A stretch of 64,000 nt of DNA from Candidatus Sulfotelmatobacter sp. (GTDB lineage: Bacteria > Eisenbacteria > RBG-16-71-46), in assembly GCA_035498555.1 (NCBI GenBank), contig DATKAB010000053.1:62608-126607 (forward strand). The letters run 5' to 3'. The position numbers were made by a program, and so were the translations under genes. The notes below the pieces were generated by a model. The model worked only from the letters and a program-made list of their open reading frames with translations, was not told where the DNA came from and ran no database searches. Shown here in pieces: positions 50,264 to 61,173 of the stretch. Within the stretch, counting starts at the first letter, position 1, and each line of letters starts with the position of its first letter.

Positions 50264-50300
50264 GAGCGGAGTCCTTAGGCTCCGCTCGTCTTTGTCTTCC
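50264..50300 (+). terminator. intrinsic terminator after tonB
   Basis: Perfect 8-bp stem GAGCGGAG/CTCCGCTC with an 8-nt loop, followed by GTCTTTGTCTT. Confidence 0.55.
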
Positions 50301-50328
50301 CCCGCCCGCCCTCATTATCGGAGTGACC

Positions 50329-51096
50329 ATGTCCGCGATTCCCTCGGACGGCGACGCGGCCGTTGCCGCTCCCGCACCCGGCCCCAATCTCTCGCTTTTC
50401 CAGCGCGCACTCGCCATCTATGCGCGGCCCTCGCAGGCCTGGAGCGGCCTCCAGGACCACGTCCAGTGGTGGTTCCCGCTGCTGCTCTTCCTTGCCATCA
50501 ACGTCTCGGGAGCCCTGCTGCTCCACGAGCGAGCCCTGATTCCCATGCTCCAGGACACCTGGGATCAGCAGGTCGCCAACGGGAACATGACCCCGGATCG
50601 CGTCGACAAGATGCTCGACTTCATGCGCAGCCCGATGGGAATCGGCTTCGCGGTCGGCCAGCAGGTGATCGTGATCGCGGTCATCACGTTTGTCACCGCG
50701 CTGGTCATCTGGTTCGGCGTGGGATTCCTGCTCGGCTCTCGATTCTCGTACCGTCTGTCTTTGGAGGTCGCGGCCTGGGCGGGTCTGGTCAACGTACCGG
50801 CCCAGTTGCTGGCATTCGGCCTCGCCTGGTATCGCCAGACCTACAAGGGCCTGCACGTGGGCTTCGGAGCGTTGCTGCCCGAGGCGGACACGCCCAGCAA
50901 GCTGATGGTGGGGCTCGGAGTCTTGCTCGACGCGATCGGACCCTTCTCGATCTGGTTCCTGGCCGTCGGGATCATCGGCGCCTCGACGCTGTCGGGGGCG
51001 CCGCGAAAATCGGTGGGGTGGTCGCTCGGGCTGTTGTACGGGGTGATGTGGGTCTTCGTCGCCGCCCTGGCCGCGGTGTTCACGCCGGGCAGCTAG
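50329..51096 (+). CDS. Yip1-family membrane protein
   Basis: Five-TM Yip1/DUF1282-like topology; GGAG ribosome-binding site before the ATG at 50329. Confidence 0.5.
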   Translation: MSAIPSDGDAAVAAPAPGPNLSLFQRALAIYARPSQAWSGLQDHVQWWFPLLLFLAINVSGALLLHERALIPMLQDTWDQQVANGNMTPDRVDKMLDFMRSPMGIGFAVGQQVIVIAVITFVTALVIWFGVGFLLGSRFSYRLSLEVAAWAGLVNVPAQLLAFGLAWYRQTYKGLHVGFGALLPEADTPSKLMVGLGVLLDAIGPFSIWFLAVGIIGASTLSGAPRKSVGWSLGLLYGVMWVFVAALAAVFTPGS

Positions 51097-51180
51097 GCAC
51101 GTGACAGGTCTGCAACCAATGCGTATCCGAAACGTAGAAGCAGCGACTGCCGGCTCGACCGGATCGCGGGGGGAATCTCG

Positions 51181-52566
51181 ATGATTCACATGAGTGGCTG
51201 GCGAGCTGTCCTGGTGGTCCTGCTGACAGTGGCGGCGGGGCAGGCGCGCGCCGAGGAAGCGGCCGCGCCGGCGGGTCCCATGAACGCCGACGCGGCGGTC
51301 AAGATCGCGTTGAAGCACGGCTCCGATGCGATTCGATCCAAGGCTTCGATCCAGGACGCCCTCGGGAACTACTGGGGGGCGGCCAACGGCGTGCTCCCGG
51401 CGGTATCCCTGAACGCCGGCCGCAGCGGCAGCCTGACTCAGAACCAGCCGATCACGCTGGCCACCATCGTCGGCACCCAGGTGGTCACGGGAACCGGTCT
51501 GCTCGACGTCGAATCCTACCAGCGCAACGCGGTGGTGAGCGGCAGCTGGGCGATCCTCAACCCATCCGCCATCGCCGGGTATTCCTCGGCGAAGAACGAG
51601 CTCAAGTCGGCGAAGCTCCAGGATCTTTCCACACGCCAGGACATCGGGCTCAGCGTCCGCCGCCAGTACTACGAAGTGGTGAAGGCCATCAAGCTGGCGC
51701 AGGTGTCGGACGGGGCGCTGCGACTGTCGCGCGACAACGAGCGGCGCGTGCGCGCGCTGTTCGAGGTGGGATCGGTCTCGCGCAGCGATCTGCTCAAGGC
51801 TCAGGTGCAGACGGCGCAGAGCGAGCTCGACTCGATCACCAATCATCAGCAGATCGTGGCCCAGCGCATCACGCTCGCCAATCTGATCGGAATTCCCGAG
51901 AACTCGATGGGCGAGGTGGACACCACGCTGGCCTATCGGCCGATGGACTACGACGAAGCGACGCTGATCAAGGAGGCGCTTGCGAACCGGCCGGATCTCA
52001 AGGCCGCCGACGCCTCGCTCAAGTCGGCTCACGCCGGTCTGGGCGCCGCCCGCTACAGTCGGCTTCCCTACCTGGTGCTCAGCGGTTCGGTCAATGTCAA
52101 GCCGGCGTTCGACCAGAAGAGCGATGCCGACACCATGCCCGGCGCGCCTCACGATATCTCCAGACAGCACGTCGAGAGCGACCGGATTTGGAGCGGCACG
52201 ATCGCGCTGCGCTGGGACTTCAACGTCGGCACCGATTCGAGGATCGCTTCAGCGCGGGCCAATCTGATGCGCGCGGAGGACACGCGCACCGCCCTCAATC
52301 GCGATCTCGAGGGGGACATCCGTTCGGCGTTGTTCACCTATCGCCAGGCGGTGGCGGGGAGCGACGTCGCTCAGCGCAGCATCGAGTCGGCCACCGAGAC
52401 CTACAAACTGATTCAGCAGAAGTACAACGTGGGTTCCTCCACGATTCTGGATCTCATCGACGCCCAGGTTCAGCTCGAGCGCGCCTACAGTGACCTGGTG
52501 AATGCGCTCGCGGTCATTCGCGTGGCCGAAGCACAGTTGAACCGTCTGGCAGGCCGCGGCGAGTGA
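51181..52566 (+). CDS. TolC-family outer membrane efflux protein
   Basis: Signal peptide and two OEP repeats (coiled-coil plus beta-barrel segments). Confidence 0.75.
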   Translation: MIHMSGWRAVLVVLLTVAAGQARAEEAAAPAGPMNADAAVKIALKHGSDAIRSKASIQDALGNYWGAANGVLPAVSLNAGRSGSLTQNQPITLATIVGTQVVTGTGLLDVESYQRNAVVSGSWAILNPSAIAGYSSAKNELKSAKLQDLSTRQDIGLSVRRQYYEVVKAIKLAQVSDGALRLSRDNERRVRALFEVGSVSRSDLLKAQVQTAQSELDSITNHQQIVAQRITLANLIGIPENSMGEVDTTLAYRPMDYDEATLIKEALANRPDLKAADASLKSAHAGLGAARYSRLPYLVLSGSVNVKPAFDQKSDADTMPGAPHDISRQHVESDRIWSGTIALRWDFNVGTDSRIASARANLMRAEDTRTALNRDLEGDIRSALFTYRQAVAGSDVAQRSIESATETYKLIQQKYNVGSSTILDLIDAQVQLERAYSDLVNALAVIRVAEAQLNRLAGRGE

Positions 52567-52594
52567 TCCTGCCGCGAGAGGGGATGGACTGGCG

Positions 52595-53887
52595 ATGCTG
52601 AAGAACAAGAAGCTCCTGTGGATCGGGCTCGGCGCGCTGTTGCTGGTGGTGTTGATCGTCGCTCAGGTGGCGAACAGCGCGAAGGGCAAGGTCGAGGCGG
52701 TGCAACTGGCGCGAGTGCGGGTGGAAGACGTCACTTCGCGTGTCCGGGCGCCCGGCAAGATCGAGCCGAAGACCCAGGTCAAGATCAGCGCCGACATCCC
52801 GGGCAAGATCACGCACCTGCTCGTCAAGGAGGGCGACCGCGTCAAGCAGGGCCAGCTGATGCTGCAGCTCGACGACACTCAGTACCGTGCCAATTTCAAT
52901 CAGGCCCGCGCGGCGCTGGCTTCGGCCGAAGCCCATCAGAAGGACGCGGACGCGGCGCTCAAGGTGGCCGAGGCGAACTACACCCGGCAGAAGGCTCTGT
53001 TCGATCAGAAACTCCTGTCGCAGGCCGAGTGGGATCAGGCGACCAGCGCGTACGAGTCGGCGCGCGCCGCGGACGCCACCGGCCACGAGGAGATCACGCG
53101 GTGTCAGGCCGCGCTCGACGGCGCCCGCGACAACGTGGACAAGTGCGCGTTCAGGGCGCCGTTCGACGGCATCGTCAGCTCGCTGGACGTCGAGCAGGGC
53201 GAGATCGTCATCACCGGCACCATGAACAACGCCGGCACCCAGATCATGGTGGTGTCCGACCTGTCGAGAATGCTGGTGCGAGCCGACGTGGACGAGACCG
53301 ACGTCGTCGACATGAAGCTCGGGCAGAAGGCGAAGATCTCGGTGGACGCCATGCCCGACACCACCTTCGAGGGAACCGTCACCGAGATCGGTAACACCGC
53401 CAAGGCTTCGATCACCTCGACGGTTCAGGGCCAGACCAACTTCGAGGTCAAGGTGGTGTTCGACTCCAACGTGCCCCAGGTGCGGCCGGGCATGACCGCC
53501 GACGTGGACATCGAGACCGCCACCCATTCGAAGACCCGCGCCGTGCCCATTCAGGCCGTGGTGGTGCGCACCCAGCGCGAGCTGGACCGGGCCCTGAACA
53601 AGCGCAAGGCCGGCCGCAACCCGCGGGTCGGCGACGCTTCCGCGGCGGAAGAGGACACCGTCGGGCGCAAGGACAAGGAGATCACCGGAATCTTCGTGAA
53701 TCGCGGCGGGATCGCGACCTTCGTTCCGGTGCGCACCGGCATCGCGAGCGAAACCATGATCGAGGTGTACGGGGACGTGAAGGAAGGGGAGCAGGTGGTG
53801 ACCGGGCCCTACAAGGCCTTGCGCGAGCTCAAGCCTCAGGCCAAGATCAAGGCCGAGGCCGCGGGCGCGCATGGCGTACGGAAGTAG
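52595..53887 (+). CDS. efflux transporter periplasmic adaptor subunit (HlyD/MacA family)
   Basis: N-terminal TM, biotinyl/lipoyl-like hairpin domain, coiled coil, beta-barrel domain. Confidence 0.8.
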   Translation: MLKNKKLLWIGLGALLLVVLIVAQVANSAKGKVEAVQLARVRVEDVTSRVRAPGKIEPKTQVKISADIPGKITHLLVKEGDRVKQGQLMLQLDDTQYRANFNQARAALASAEAHQKDADAALKVAEANYTRQKALFDQKLLSQAEWDQATSAYESARAADATGHEEITRCQAALDGARDNVDKCAFRAPFDGIVSSLDVEQGEIVITGTMNNAGTQIMVVSDLSRMLVRADVDETDVVDMKLGQKAKISVDAMPDTTFEGTVTEIGNTAKASITSTVQGQTNFEVKVVFDSNVPQVRPGMTADVDIETATHSKTRAVPIQAVVVRTQRELDRALNKRKAGRNPRVGDASAAEEDTVGRKDKEITGIFVNRGGIATFVPVRTGIASETMIEVYGDVKEGEQVVTGPYKALRELKPQAKIKAEAAGAHGVRK

Positions 53888-53893
53888 GCAGGC

Positions 53894-54592
53894 ATGTTGA
53901 TCCAGATCCGCGGACTGCACCGCGTCTATCAGGTCGGCGACGAGAAAGTCCACGCCTTGAACGGCGTGGATCTCGATATCGAAAGCAATGAATACGTCGC
54001 CATCATGGGACCGTCGGGCTCGGGCAAGTCGACGCTCATGAACATCCTCGGCTGTCTCGACAGCCCGACCCAGGGCTCCTATCAGCTCAAGGGCGCGGAG
54101 ATCTCCCGAGTTTCCGACGACGAGCTCGCGCGGATTCGAAACCAGGAAATCGGCTTCGTCTTCCAGACCTTCAATCTGCTTCCCCGCGCCGACGCGCTGC
54201 ACAACGTCGAGCTGCCGCTGGTCTACGCAGGCATTCGGCACGAAGAGCGGCGGAAGCGCGCCCGCGAAGCGCTCCAGCTGGTGGGCCTCGGCGATCGCAT
54301 GTCGCACCGGCCCAACGAGCTCTCGGGCGGACAGCGCCAGCGTGTCGCCATCGCGCGTGCGCTGGTCAACAAGCCCAGCATCGTCCTGGCCGATGAGCCG
54401 ACCGGCAACCTCGACACCGTCACCGGTGAGGAGATCATGGCGGCGTTCCAGCGGATCTGGAAGGAAGGAAACACGGTGATCCTGGTCACGCACGAGCCCG
54501 ACATCGCCGCTCACGCGAACCGCGTGGTGCGCATGCGAGACGGCAAGGTCGAAAGCGACCAGCGCTCGGTGAGCCAGCGAGTGGGCGCATGA
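53894..54592 (+). CDS. MacB-type ABC transporter ATP-binding protein
   Basis: Walker [10 protein letters not shown], signature LSGGQRQR, Walker B IVLADEP. Confidence 0.85.
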   Translation: MLIQIRGLHRVYQVGDEKVHALNGVDLDIESNEYVAIMGPSGSGKSTLMNILGCLDSPTQGSYQLKGAEISRVSDDELARIRNQEIGFVFQTFNLLPRADALHNVELPLVYAGIRHEERRKRAREALQLVGLGDRMSHRPNELSGGQRQRVAIARALVNKPSIVLADEPTGNLDTVTGEEIMAAFQRIWKEGNTVILVTHEPDIAAHANRVVRMRDGKVESDQRSVSQRVGA

Positions 54593-55806
54593 ATCTCCGC
54601 GAGAGCGTGGGGATCGCCCTCGGGGCGCTCCGCGCCAACAAACTCCGTTCGTTCCTCACCCTGCTCGGCACCATCATCGGCGTCACCTCGGTGATCGCGG
54701 TGATCTCGTTCGTCGAGGGGCTCAATCGCTTCGTGTCCGACAAGCTGCTGAACGCCGGGGCCAACGTGTTCGTGGTGGATCGCGAGGGTTTCATCACCAG
54801 CCAGGAGGCCTACGAAGAGGCGCAGCGCCGGCCGTTCGTGACGCTCGATGACTCGGACGCGCTGAGGCTCGGTGTCCAGCACGCGAGCCTGGTGGTGCCG
54901 CAAATGGAGACCATCGAGTCGCTCCACTGGAAGGGCAAGGCCATGAAGGCCGTGGCCATTCATGGCCGCGGCATCGGCTATGACGTGGTCGACGACCTGT
55001 CCATCGAGGAGGGGCGCCACCTCGCCGATGCCGACGACCAGCATCGCGAAATGGTGTGCGTGATCGGCCCCGAAGTGGTGGACGACCTGTTCGCCGGACT
55101 CGATCCGCTGGGCCGGAACATGCGGATCAACGATTTCACCTTCGAGGTGGTGGGCGTGACCAAGGCCAAGGGCAAGATCTTCGGCGCCAGCCAGGATCGG
55201 TTCGTGGTGATCCCGATCCACACCTTCCAGAAGCTGTTCGAGGAGCGCGGCTCGATCTCGATCGCGGTCAAGAGCGTGGATCAATCGTCACTGCCGCTCG
55301 CCGAGCAGGAGGCGCGCAACATCATGCGCGGGCGCCGCCATCTCGGCCCCGGCCGGCCCGACAACTTCGGGATCACCACCTCCGACAACTACCTCGAGCT
55401 GTACCGGAACCTCACCGGCGGCATCTTCGTGGTGACCATCGGCGTGGCGGCGATCTCGTTGCTGGTGGGCGGTATCGTGATCATGAACATCATGCTGGTG
55501 TCGGTGACGGAGCGGACTCGCGAGATCGGCATCCGCAAGGCACTTGGGGCGCGCCGCCGCGATATCCTGACGCAGTTCCTGGTCGAGTCCACCACGCTTT
55601 CGCTCGCTGGCGGCGTGATCGGCATCCTGGGAGGCATCGGTCTGGCGTTGCTGGTCGGGGCGATCTCGCCGCTGCCGGCGGCCGTCAATCTGCCTTCGAT
55701 CGCGGCCGGGCTGCTGATGTCGAGCCTGGTGGGCGTGTTCTTCGGTTCCTATCCAGCGGTGCGCGCCGCGAAATTGGATCCCATCGAATCCCTGCGGTAC
55801 GAATAG
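54589..55806 (+). CDS. ABC transporter permease (FtsX/MacB-type with periplasmic domain)
   Basis: ATG overlaps the ATPase stop; N-terminal TM, large periplasmic domain, C-terminal FtsX 3-TM bundle. Confidence 0.8.
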   Translation: MNLRESVGIALGALRANKLRSFLTLLGTIIGVTSVIAVISFVEGLNRFVSDKLLNAGANVFVVDREGFITSQEAYEEAQRRPFVTLDDSDALRLGVQHASLVVPQMETIESLHWKGKAMKAVAIHGRGIGYDVVDDLSIEEGRHLADADDQHREMVCVIGPEVVDDLFAGLDPLGRNMRINDFTFEVVGVTKAKGKIFGASQDRFVVIPIHTFQKLFEERGSISIAVKSVDQSSLPLAEQEARNIMRGRRHLGPGRPDNFGITTSDNYLELYRNLTGGIFVVTIGVAAISLLVGGIVIMNIMLVSVTERTREIGIRKALGARRRDILTQFLVESTTLSLAGGVIGILGGIGLALLVGAISPLPAAVNLPSIAAGLLMSSLVGVFFGSYPAVRAAKLDPIESLRYE

Positions 55807-55808
55807 CC

Positions 55809-57077
55809 ATGAGCTGGTTCCTGATCCGCGAGACCCTCCAGATGGCGCAGCTGGCGCTGGTCGCGAATCGACTGCGCAGCTTCCTCGCGCTCCTCGGCAT
55901 CGTCATCGGCGTCGGCACCGTGATCGGGATGGTGGCGCTGATCAACGGCTTCCAGCGCTCGTTCCAGAAGAGCATCCAGTCGTTCGGCACCAACACCATC
56001 TATATCCGCCGCATCCGGCCCGGGATCCAGTTCTCGGGCGGCATTCCCGACAGCCTCAAGCAGCGCCGCGCCTTCACCATGGACGATGCGGAAGCGATCC
56101 TCGATCGCTGCCCGGCGGTGCGGGCGATCGCGCCGTTCAAGTTCCCGTTCGACGACCTGCGCCTCGAATACCGCGGCAAGAAGACCAAGATCACCTTCGT
56201 GTTCGGCACCAACGAGGACTACCTGATGGTGCACGGCCAGAACCTCGAACGCGGGCGCTTCTTCACCGAGGAAGAGGTGCAGCGCCGCGCCAACGTGGTG
56301 GTGCTGGGCCGCGATACCCGAGAAGCGCTGTTCGGCGATGCCAGCGGGCTGGGCAGTACCATTCACATCCGCGACATCCCGTTCACGGTGGTGGGAGAGT
56401 TCGAGCGCAAGGGCAAGTTCCTCGGCAACAATTTCGACGAGGTCGCGGTCGTTCCCTATACCATCGTGGACAAGTACTTCGCCGCGCCCTCGGACGCGCC
56501 GCCCTGGTTCCCGAAGCGCGGGGAGCTGTTCCTCGACGCGACGGCGGTGGCGCCCGAGCTCAACGAGGAAGCGCAGCGCCAGATCAGCGAAGTACTTCGC
56601 GTTCGACGGCATCTGCCCAGCAACAAGCTGAACAACTTCGTGGTGTTCACCGACGACGCGTTCCTTCAGCTCTATCAGACCGTCACCGGCGGCATCGTCG
56701 CGCTGATGACCCTGATTTCCTCGATCTCGCTGCTGGTGGGCGGCATCGGCGTCATGAACATCATGCTGGTCGCGGTGACCGAACGCACGCGTGAGATCGG
56801 CGTCCGCAAGGCGCTGGGCGCGCCGCGCAAGGCGATCCTCACCCAGTTCCTGATCGAGGCGGTGCTGCTGACGGCGCTGGGCGGCGTGCTGGGCGTGCTG
56901 CTCGGTGGCGGGATCTCGTGGCTGGTGCACGCCGCGAGTCCGCTTCCGACCTACGTCTCGCTCTGGTCGGTGGTGGTGGGCATCGGCTTCTCGGCGATCG
57001 TCGGGGTGTTCTTCGGACTCTACCCGGCGATGCGCGCCTCACGGCTCGACCCGGTGGACTCGCTGCGCTACGAGTAG
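55809..57077 (+). CDS. ABC transporter permease (FtsX/MacB-type), second paralog
   Basis: Internal ATG of ORF 55056..57077, 3 nt after the previous stop; same architecture as the preceding gene. Confidence 0.8.
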   Translation: MSWFLIRETLQMAQLALVANRLRSFLALLGIVIGVGTVIGMVALINGFQRSFQKSIQSFGTNTIYIRRIRPGIQFSGGIPDSLKQRRAFTMDDAEAILDRCPAVRAIAPFKFPFDDLRLEYRGKKTKITFVFGTNEDYLMVHGQNLERGRFFTEEEVQRRANVVVLGRDTREALFGDASGLGSTIHIRDIPFTVVGEFERKGKFLGNNFDEVAVVPYTIVDKYFAAPSDAPPWFPKRGELFLDATAVAPELNEEAQRQISEVLRVRRHLPSNKLNNFVVFTDDAFLQLYQTVTGGIVALMTLISSISLLVGGIGVMNIMLVAVTERTREIGVRKALGAPRKAILTQFLIEAVLLTALGGVLGVLLGGGISWLVHAASPLPTYVSLWSVVVGIGFSAIVGVFFGLYPAMRASRLDPVDSLRYE

Positions 57078-57117
57078 CGCCGCCGGGCCGGCTCGACGAG
57101 TCTGCTAGAGTGCCGGC

Positions 57118-59997
57118 ATGACCTCGCTCGACGCCCCGAGCGCGGGCCCCGGCGCATCCGACGCGTCCGCCGAGCGCGGACTCACCGACATCACGATTCG
57201 CGGGGCCCGCGAGCACAATCTCCAGAACCTCAGCCTCAAGCTGCCGCGCCAGAGCCTGATCGTCCTCACCGGCGTGTCGGGCTCCGGCAAGTCGTCGCTG
57301 GCCTTCGACACGCTTTACGCCGAGGGTCAGCGGCGCTACGTCGAGTCACTCTCGGCCTACGCGCGGCAGTTCCTCGGGCAGATGGAGAAGCCCGAGGTGG
57401 ATGCGATCGACGGCCTGTCGCCGGCGATCGCCATCGAGCAGCGCGGCGTGGGCGCCAACCCGCGCTCTACGGTCGCCACGGTCACCGAGATCTACGATTA
57501 CTTCCGCTTGCTGTTCACGCGACTCGGAACGCAGTACTGCCCGAACTGCGGGACCCGCATGGAGCGCCGCAGCTCGAGCGAGATCGTGGACGCGCTGATC
57601 CAGCAATGCTCCGGCCAGCGCGTCGCCCTGCTGGCACCGATCGTTCGCGGCCGGAAGGGCGAGTACAAGAAGGAGCTGGAGGCGGCCCGGCGCCAGGGAT
57701 TCGTGCGCGCGCGGGTGGACGGCGCCTGGGTGGAGCTGGAGGAGCCGCCGACGCTCGCGCGGCACCGCCGTCACGACATCGAGATCGTGGTGGACCGCGT
57801 GACGGTGAGCGCCGAGCAGCGCGGCCGGATCGGCGAGGCGGTCGAAGCCGCCCTCCGGCTCGGCAACGGCATGGTGATGGGCGCGCGGGAGGGAAGCGAG
57901 GACCTGGTGTTCAGCGCCGGCGCCGCCTGCCCGAAGTGCGGCGCGAGCGTGCCGGTGCTCGAACCCAAGAGTTTCTCGTTCAACTCACCCTATGGCGCGT
58001 GTCCGGATTGCGGTGGACTGGGCACCCAGAATCGCGTCGATCCCGAACTCGTCGTCCCCGATCCGTCGAAAAGCATCGCCGGCGGCGCGATCCCGGCCTG
58101 GGGCGATGCCACCGGCACCTGGGTGGGCGGGACGTTCCGCGCGCTTGCCAGGCGGTTCGATTTCTCGCTCGACACCCCCTGGAACAAGCTGCCCGCCAGG
58201 GCGCGGAAGCTGATCCTCTACGGCAGCGGAGGAGAAGAGGTGCGGTTCGAGTACCGCACGCGCAAGGGCTCGGCGTTCATTCAGAAGAGCACGTTCGAGG
58301 GCGTGATCCCGAATCTCGAGCGCCGTTTCCGGGAAACGAAGAGCGAGAGCATGCGCGCCAGCATCGCCGAGCTGCTCGAGCCGCGGCCCTGCGAAACCTG
58401 CGGCGGGCGGCGGCTGCGGCGCGAGGCGCTCGCGGTCCGGATCGACGGCGCCCACATCGCCGAATGGGCCGCGCTGTCGGTGAGCGAGGCCCGCGTTCGC
58501 GCAGCCGGCCTGCGCTTCGAGAGCGGAAGGGTCACGATCGCGCAGCCGATCCTGCGCGAGATCTCGAGTCGGCTGGGATTCCTCGAGGACGTGGGGCTCG
58601 GCTATCTCACGCTCGATCGTTCGGCGGGCTCCCTGGCCGGCGGCGAGGCGCAGCGCATCCGGCTCGCGACCCAAATCGGCTCGCAGCTGACCGGCGTGCT
58701 CTACATCCTCGATGAGCCCTCGATCGGCCTCCATCCGCGCGACACGCGAAGGCTGCTCGACACGCTGCTCAAGCTGCGCGATCTCGGCAATACCGTAGTG
58801 GTCGTGGAACACGACCGCGAGACCATGGAGGCCGCCGACTGGATCGTCGACCTCGGCCCCGGCGCCGGGCGCCACGGTGGCCGGCTGGTTGCCGAGGGAA
58901 CGCCCGATCAGATTCGCGAGTCGAGCGACTCGCTGACCGGCGCCTACCTCTCGGGCCGCCGCCGGGTGGAGGTTCCCGCCCGCCGGCGGCCGGCGAAGGG
59001 GCCGTTCCTCGAGATCCTCGGCGCGCGCGCCCACAATCTCAAGAACGTCGACGCGGCGATTCCGCTCGGCACCTTCACCTGTGTCACCGGCGTGTCGGGC
59101 TCGGGGAAGAGCACGCTGGTCAACGACGTGCTGCGGGCCGCGCTGGAGCGCCACTTCGGGATCAAGGGGCCGACGCCGGGCGAACATCGAGCGATCCGCG
59201 GGCTCGACGCCCTCGACAAGGTGGTGGCGATCGATCAGAGCCCGATCGGCCGAACGCCGCGCTCGAACCCCGCCACCTACACCGGCGCGTTCAGCCTGAT
59301 TCGGGATCTGTTCGCGCAGTTGCCCGAAGCACGCGTGCGCGGCTACCGGCCCGGGCGCTTCTCCTTCAACGTCAAGGGCGGGCGTTGCGAAGCCTGTGAG
59401 GGCGACGGCCTCAAGCGCATCGAGATGCATTTCCTCCCGGACGTCTATGTGCGTTGCGACGTGTGCCATGGCCGGCGTTACAACCGCGAAACCCTCGAGG
59501 TCTTGTGGCACGGTCGTTCGATCGCCGACGTGCTCGATCTGACGGTCGAGGAAGCCGTGGATGCGCTCGGCGCGATCCCGCCGCTTCGCAGAAAGCTCGA
59601 AACGCTCCGGGGTGTCGGGCTTGGGTACATCCACCTCGGTCAGGCGGCGACCACGCTCTCGGGCGGTGAGGCGCAGCGCGTCAAGCTGGCGACCGAGCTG
59701 TCGCGGGTCGCGACCGGCCGCACCCTCTATCTCCTCGACGAGCCGACCACCGGACTCCACTTCGAAGACGTGCGCGTGCTGCTCGAAGTGCTGCACGCCC
59801 TGGTCGAGCGCGGCAACACCGTGGTGGTGATCGAGCACCAGCTCGACGTGATGCGCAGCGCCGACTGGATCATCGACCTCGGCCCCGAAGGCGGCGATCG
59901 CGGTGGCACCATTGTCGCCACCGGCACGCCCGAAGAGCTGGCCCGGCGCGCCGGTTCGCACACCGGCGCCGCGCTGCGGGAGAGCTTCGCCAGGTGA
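57118..59997 (+). CDS. uvrA: excinuclease ABC subunit A
   Basis: Two ABC ATPase modules (GVSGSGKSS and GVSGSGKST) with interspersed zinc-finger cysteines; 959 aa. Confidence 0.95.
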   Translation: MTSLDAPSAGPGASDASAERGLTDITIRGAREHNLQNLSLKLPRQSLIVLTGVSGSGKSSLAFDTLYAEGQRRYVESLSAYARQFLGQMEKPEVDAIDGLSPAIAIEQRGVGANPRSTVATVTEIYDYFRLLFTRLGTQYCPNCGTRMERRSSSEIVDALIQQCSGQRVALLAPIVRGRKGEYKKELEAARRQGFVRARVDGAWVELEEPPTLARHRRHDIEIVVDRVTVSAEQRGRIGEAVEAALRLGNGMVMGAREGSEDLVFSAGAACPKCGASVPVLEPKSFSFNSPYGACPDCGGLGTQNRVDPELVVPDPSKSIAGGAIPAWGDATGTWVGGTFRALARRFDFSLDTPWNKLPARARKLILYGSGGEEVRFEYRTRKGSAFIQKSTFEGVIPNLERRFRETKSESMRASIAELLEPRPCETCGGRRLRREALAVRIDGAHIAEWAALSVSEARVRAAGLRFESGRVTIAQPILREISSRLGFLEDVGLGYLTLDRSAGSLAGGEAQRIRLATQIGSQLTGVLYILDEPSIGLHPRDTRRLLDTLLKLRDLGNTVVVVEHDRETMEAADWIVDLGPGAGRHGGRLVAEGTPDQIRESSDSLTGAYLSGRRRVEVPARRRPAKGPFLEILGARAHNLKNVDAAIPLGTFTCVTGVSGSGKSTLVNDVLRAALERHFGIKGPTPGEHRAIRGLDALDKVVAIDQSPIGRTPRSNPATYTGAFSLIRDLFAQLPEARVRGYRPGRFSFNVKGGRCEACEGDGLKRIEMHFLPDVYVRCDVCHGRRYNRETLEVLWHGRSIADVLDLTVEEAVDALGAIPPLRRKLETLRGVGLGYIHLGQAATTLSGGEAQRVKLATELSRVATGRTLYLLDEPTTGLHFEDVRVLLEVLHALVERGNTVVVIEHQLDVMRSADWIIDLGPEGGDRGGTIVATGTPEELARRAGSHTGAALRESFAR

Positions 59998-60025
59998 AGT
60001 TCGAGCTCTGGGCGCCTGAGACCGT

Positions 60026-60045
60026 GACATCCGCGAGCGGATGTC
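60026..60045 (+). other. stable stem-loop (8-bp stem, CGAG tetraloop) between uvrA and tdh
   Basis: GACATCCG-CGAG-CGGATGTC lies 29 nt after the uvrA stop; no U-tract follows. Confidence 0.35.
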
Positions 60046-60124
60046 GCATGCTTCCGCCGGTATGACGTCGATTCCCACCACCCGCGACGAGCCTCGAACG
60101 CCGAGCACGGTGCGCTCGACCACC

Positions 60125-61168
60125 ATGAAGGCGGTGGTCAAGGCGCGCGCCGGCCCCGGGCTCGAGATCCGCGACGTGCCGGTGCCCACCGTGGGCCCGG
60201 GCCAGATTCTGCTGCGGGTGCTGCGTGCCGGGGTGTGCGGTACCGACCTGCACATCTGGGAGTGGGATGCGTGGTCACAGGGGCGCATGCGCCCGCCGGT
60301 CACGGTCGGCCACGAGTTCGTCGGCGAGGTCGTCGAGCTCGGCGAGGGCGTGACCGAGCTCAAGGTGGGCGATCGCGTCTCGTGCGAGAGCCACATCGTC
60401 TGCGGGCACTGCATCGCCTGCCGCACCGGCCACGCCCACGTCTGCGAAAACACGAGGATCCTGGGTGTGGACGTCAATGGCGGCTGGGCCGAATTCGTCG
60501 CGGTGCCGGCCTCGAACGCCTGGCAGGCGCCCACCAACGTTCCGATCGAGGTGCAGGGCATCATGGAGCCGCTCGGCAATGCCGTGCACACCGCGTTCGC
60601 CGGAGAGCTCTCGGCCTGCCGGATCGCGGTGACCGGCTGCGGCCCGATCGGCCTGTTCGCGGTGGGCGTGGCGAAGGCCGCGGGCGCCGCGCAGGTGATC
60701 GCCAGCGATGTTTCGCCCTACCGCCTGGAGCTGGCGAGGAAGATGAACGCCGACGCGGTGATCGATCCCTCGAAGCAGGATTTCGTCGAACGGGTGCGCG
60801 AGCTGACCGGCGGGCGGATGCTCGACGGCGTGCTCGAGATGTCGGGCAATGCCGGCGCGATCCGCGACGCGCTGCGCGCGCTCCGGAGCGGCGGCCGGCT
60901 CTCGCAGCTCGGCCTCATCGGTGCGCCGCTGGCGCTCGACTGGACGCAGCTTCTGATCTTCAAGGGCATCACCGTGCACGGCATCATCGGCCGTCGCATG
61001 TACCAGACCTGGTATCAGATGGATGGGCTCCTGCGCTCGGGCCGGCTCGACGTGCGACCCGCGATCACGCACGTGATGCCGATGGATCAGGTGGAGGACG
61101 CGATCCGCCTGCTGCGCTCCGGGCAGGCCGGCAAGGTGGTGCTGGTGCCGTGGGGCGAGGAGGCGTGA
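60125..61168 (+). CDS. tdh: L-threonine 3-dehydrogenase (zinc-dependent MDR family)
   Basis: MKAVVK start, zinc ligands ([29 protein letters not shown]), NAD site GCGPIGL; followed by kbl. Confidence 0.85.
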   Translation: MKAVVKARAGPGLEIRDVPVPTVGPGQILLRVLRAGVCGTDLHIWEWDAWSQGRMRPPVTVGHEFVGEVVELGEGVTELKVGDRVSCESHIVCGHCIACRTGHAHVCENTRILGVDVNGGWAEFVAVPASNAWQAPTNVPIEVQGIMEPLGNAVHTAFAGELSACRIAVTGCGPIGLFAVGVAKAAGAAQVIASDVSPYRLELARKMNADAVIDPSKQDFVERVRELTGGRMLDGVLEMSGNAGAIRDALRALRSGGRLSQLGLIGAPLALDWTQLLIFKGITVHGIIGRRMYQTWYQMDGLLRSGRLDVRPAITHVMPMDQVEDAIRLLRSGQAGKVVLVPWGEEA

Positions 61169-61173
61169 CCGCG

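Noticed and set aside
57985-60591. 868-aa ORF on the minus strand opposite uvrA
   Set aside because: Antisense to a canonical UvrA with duplicated ABC modules; no start context, no motifs.
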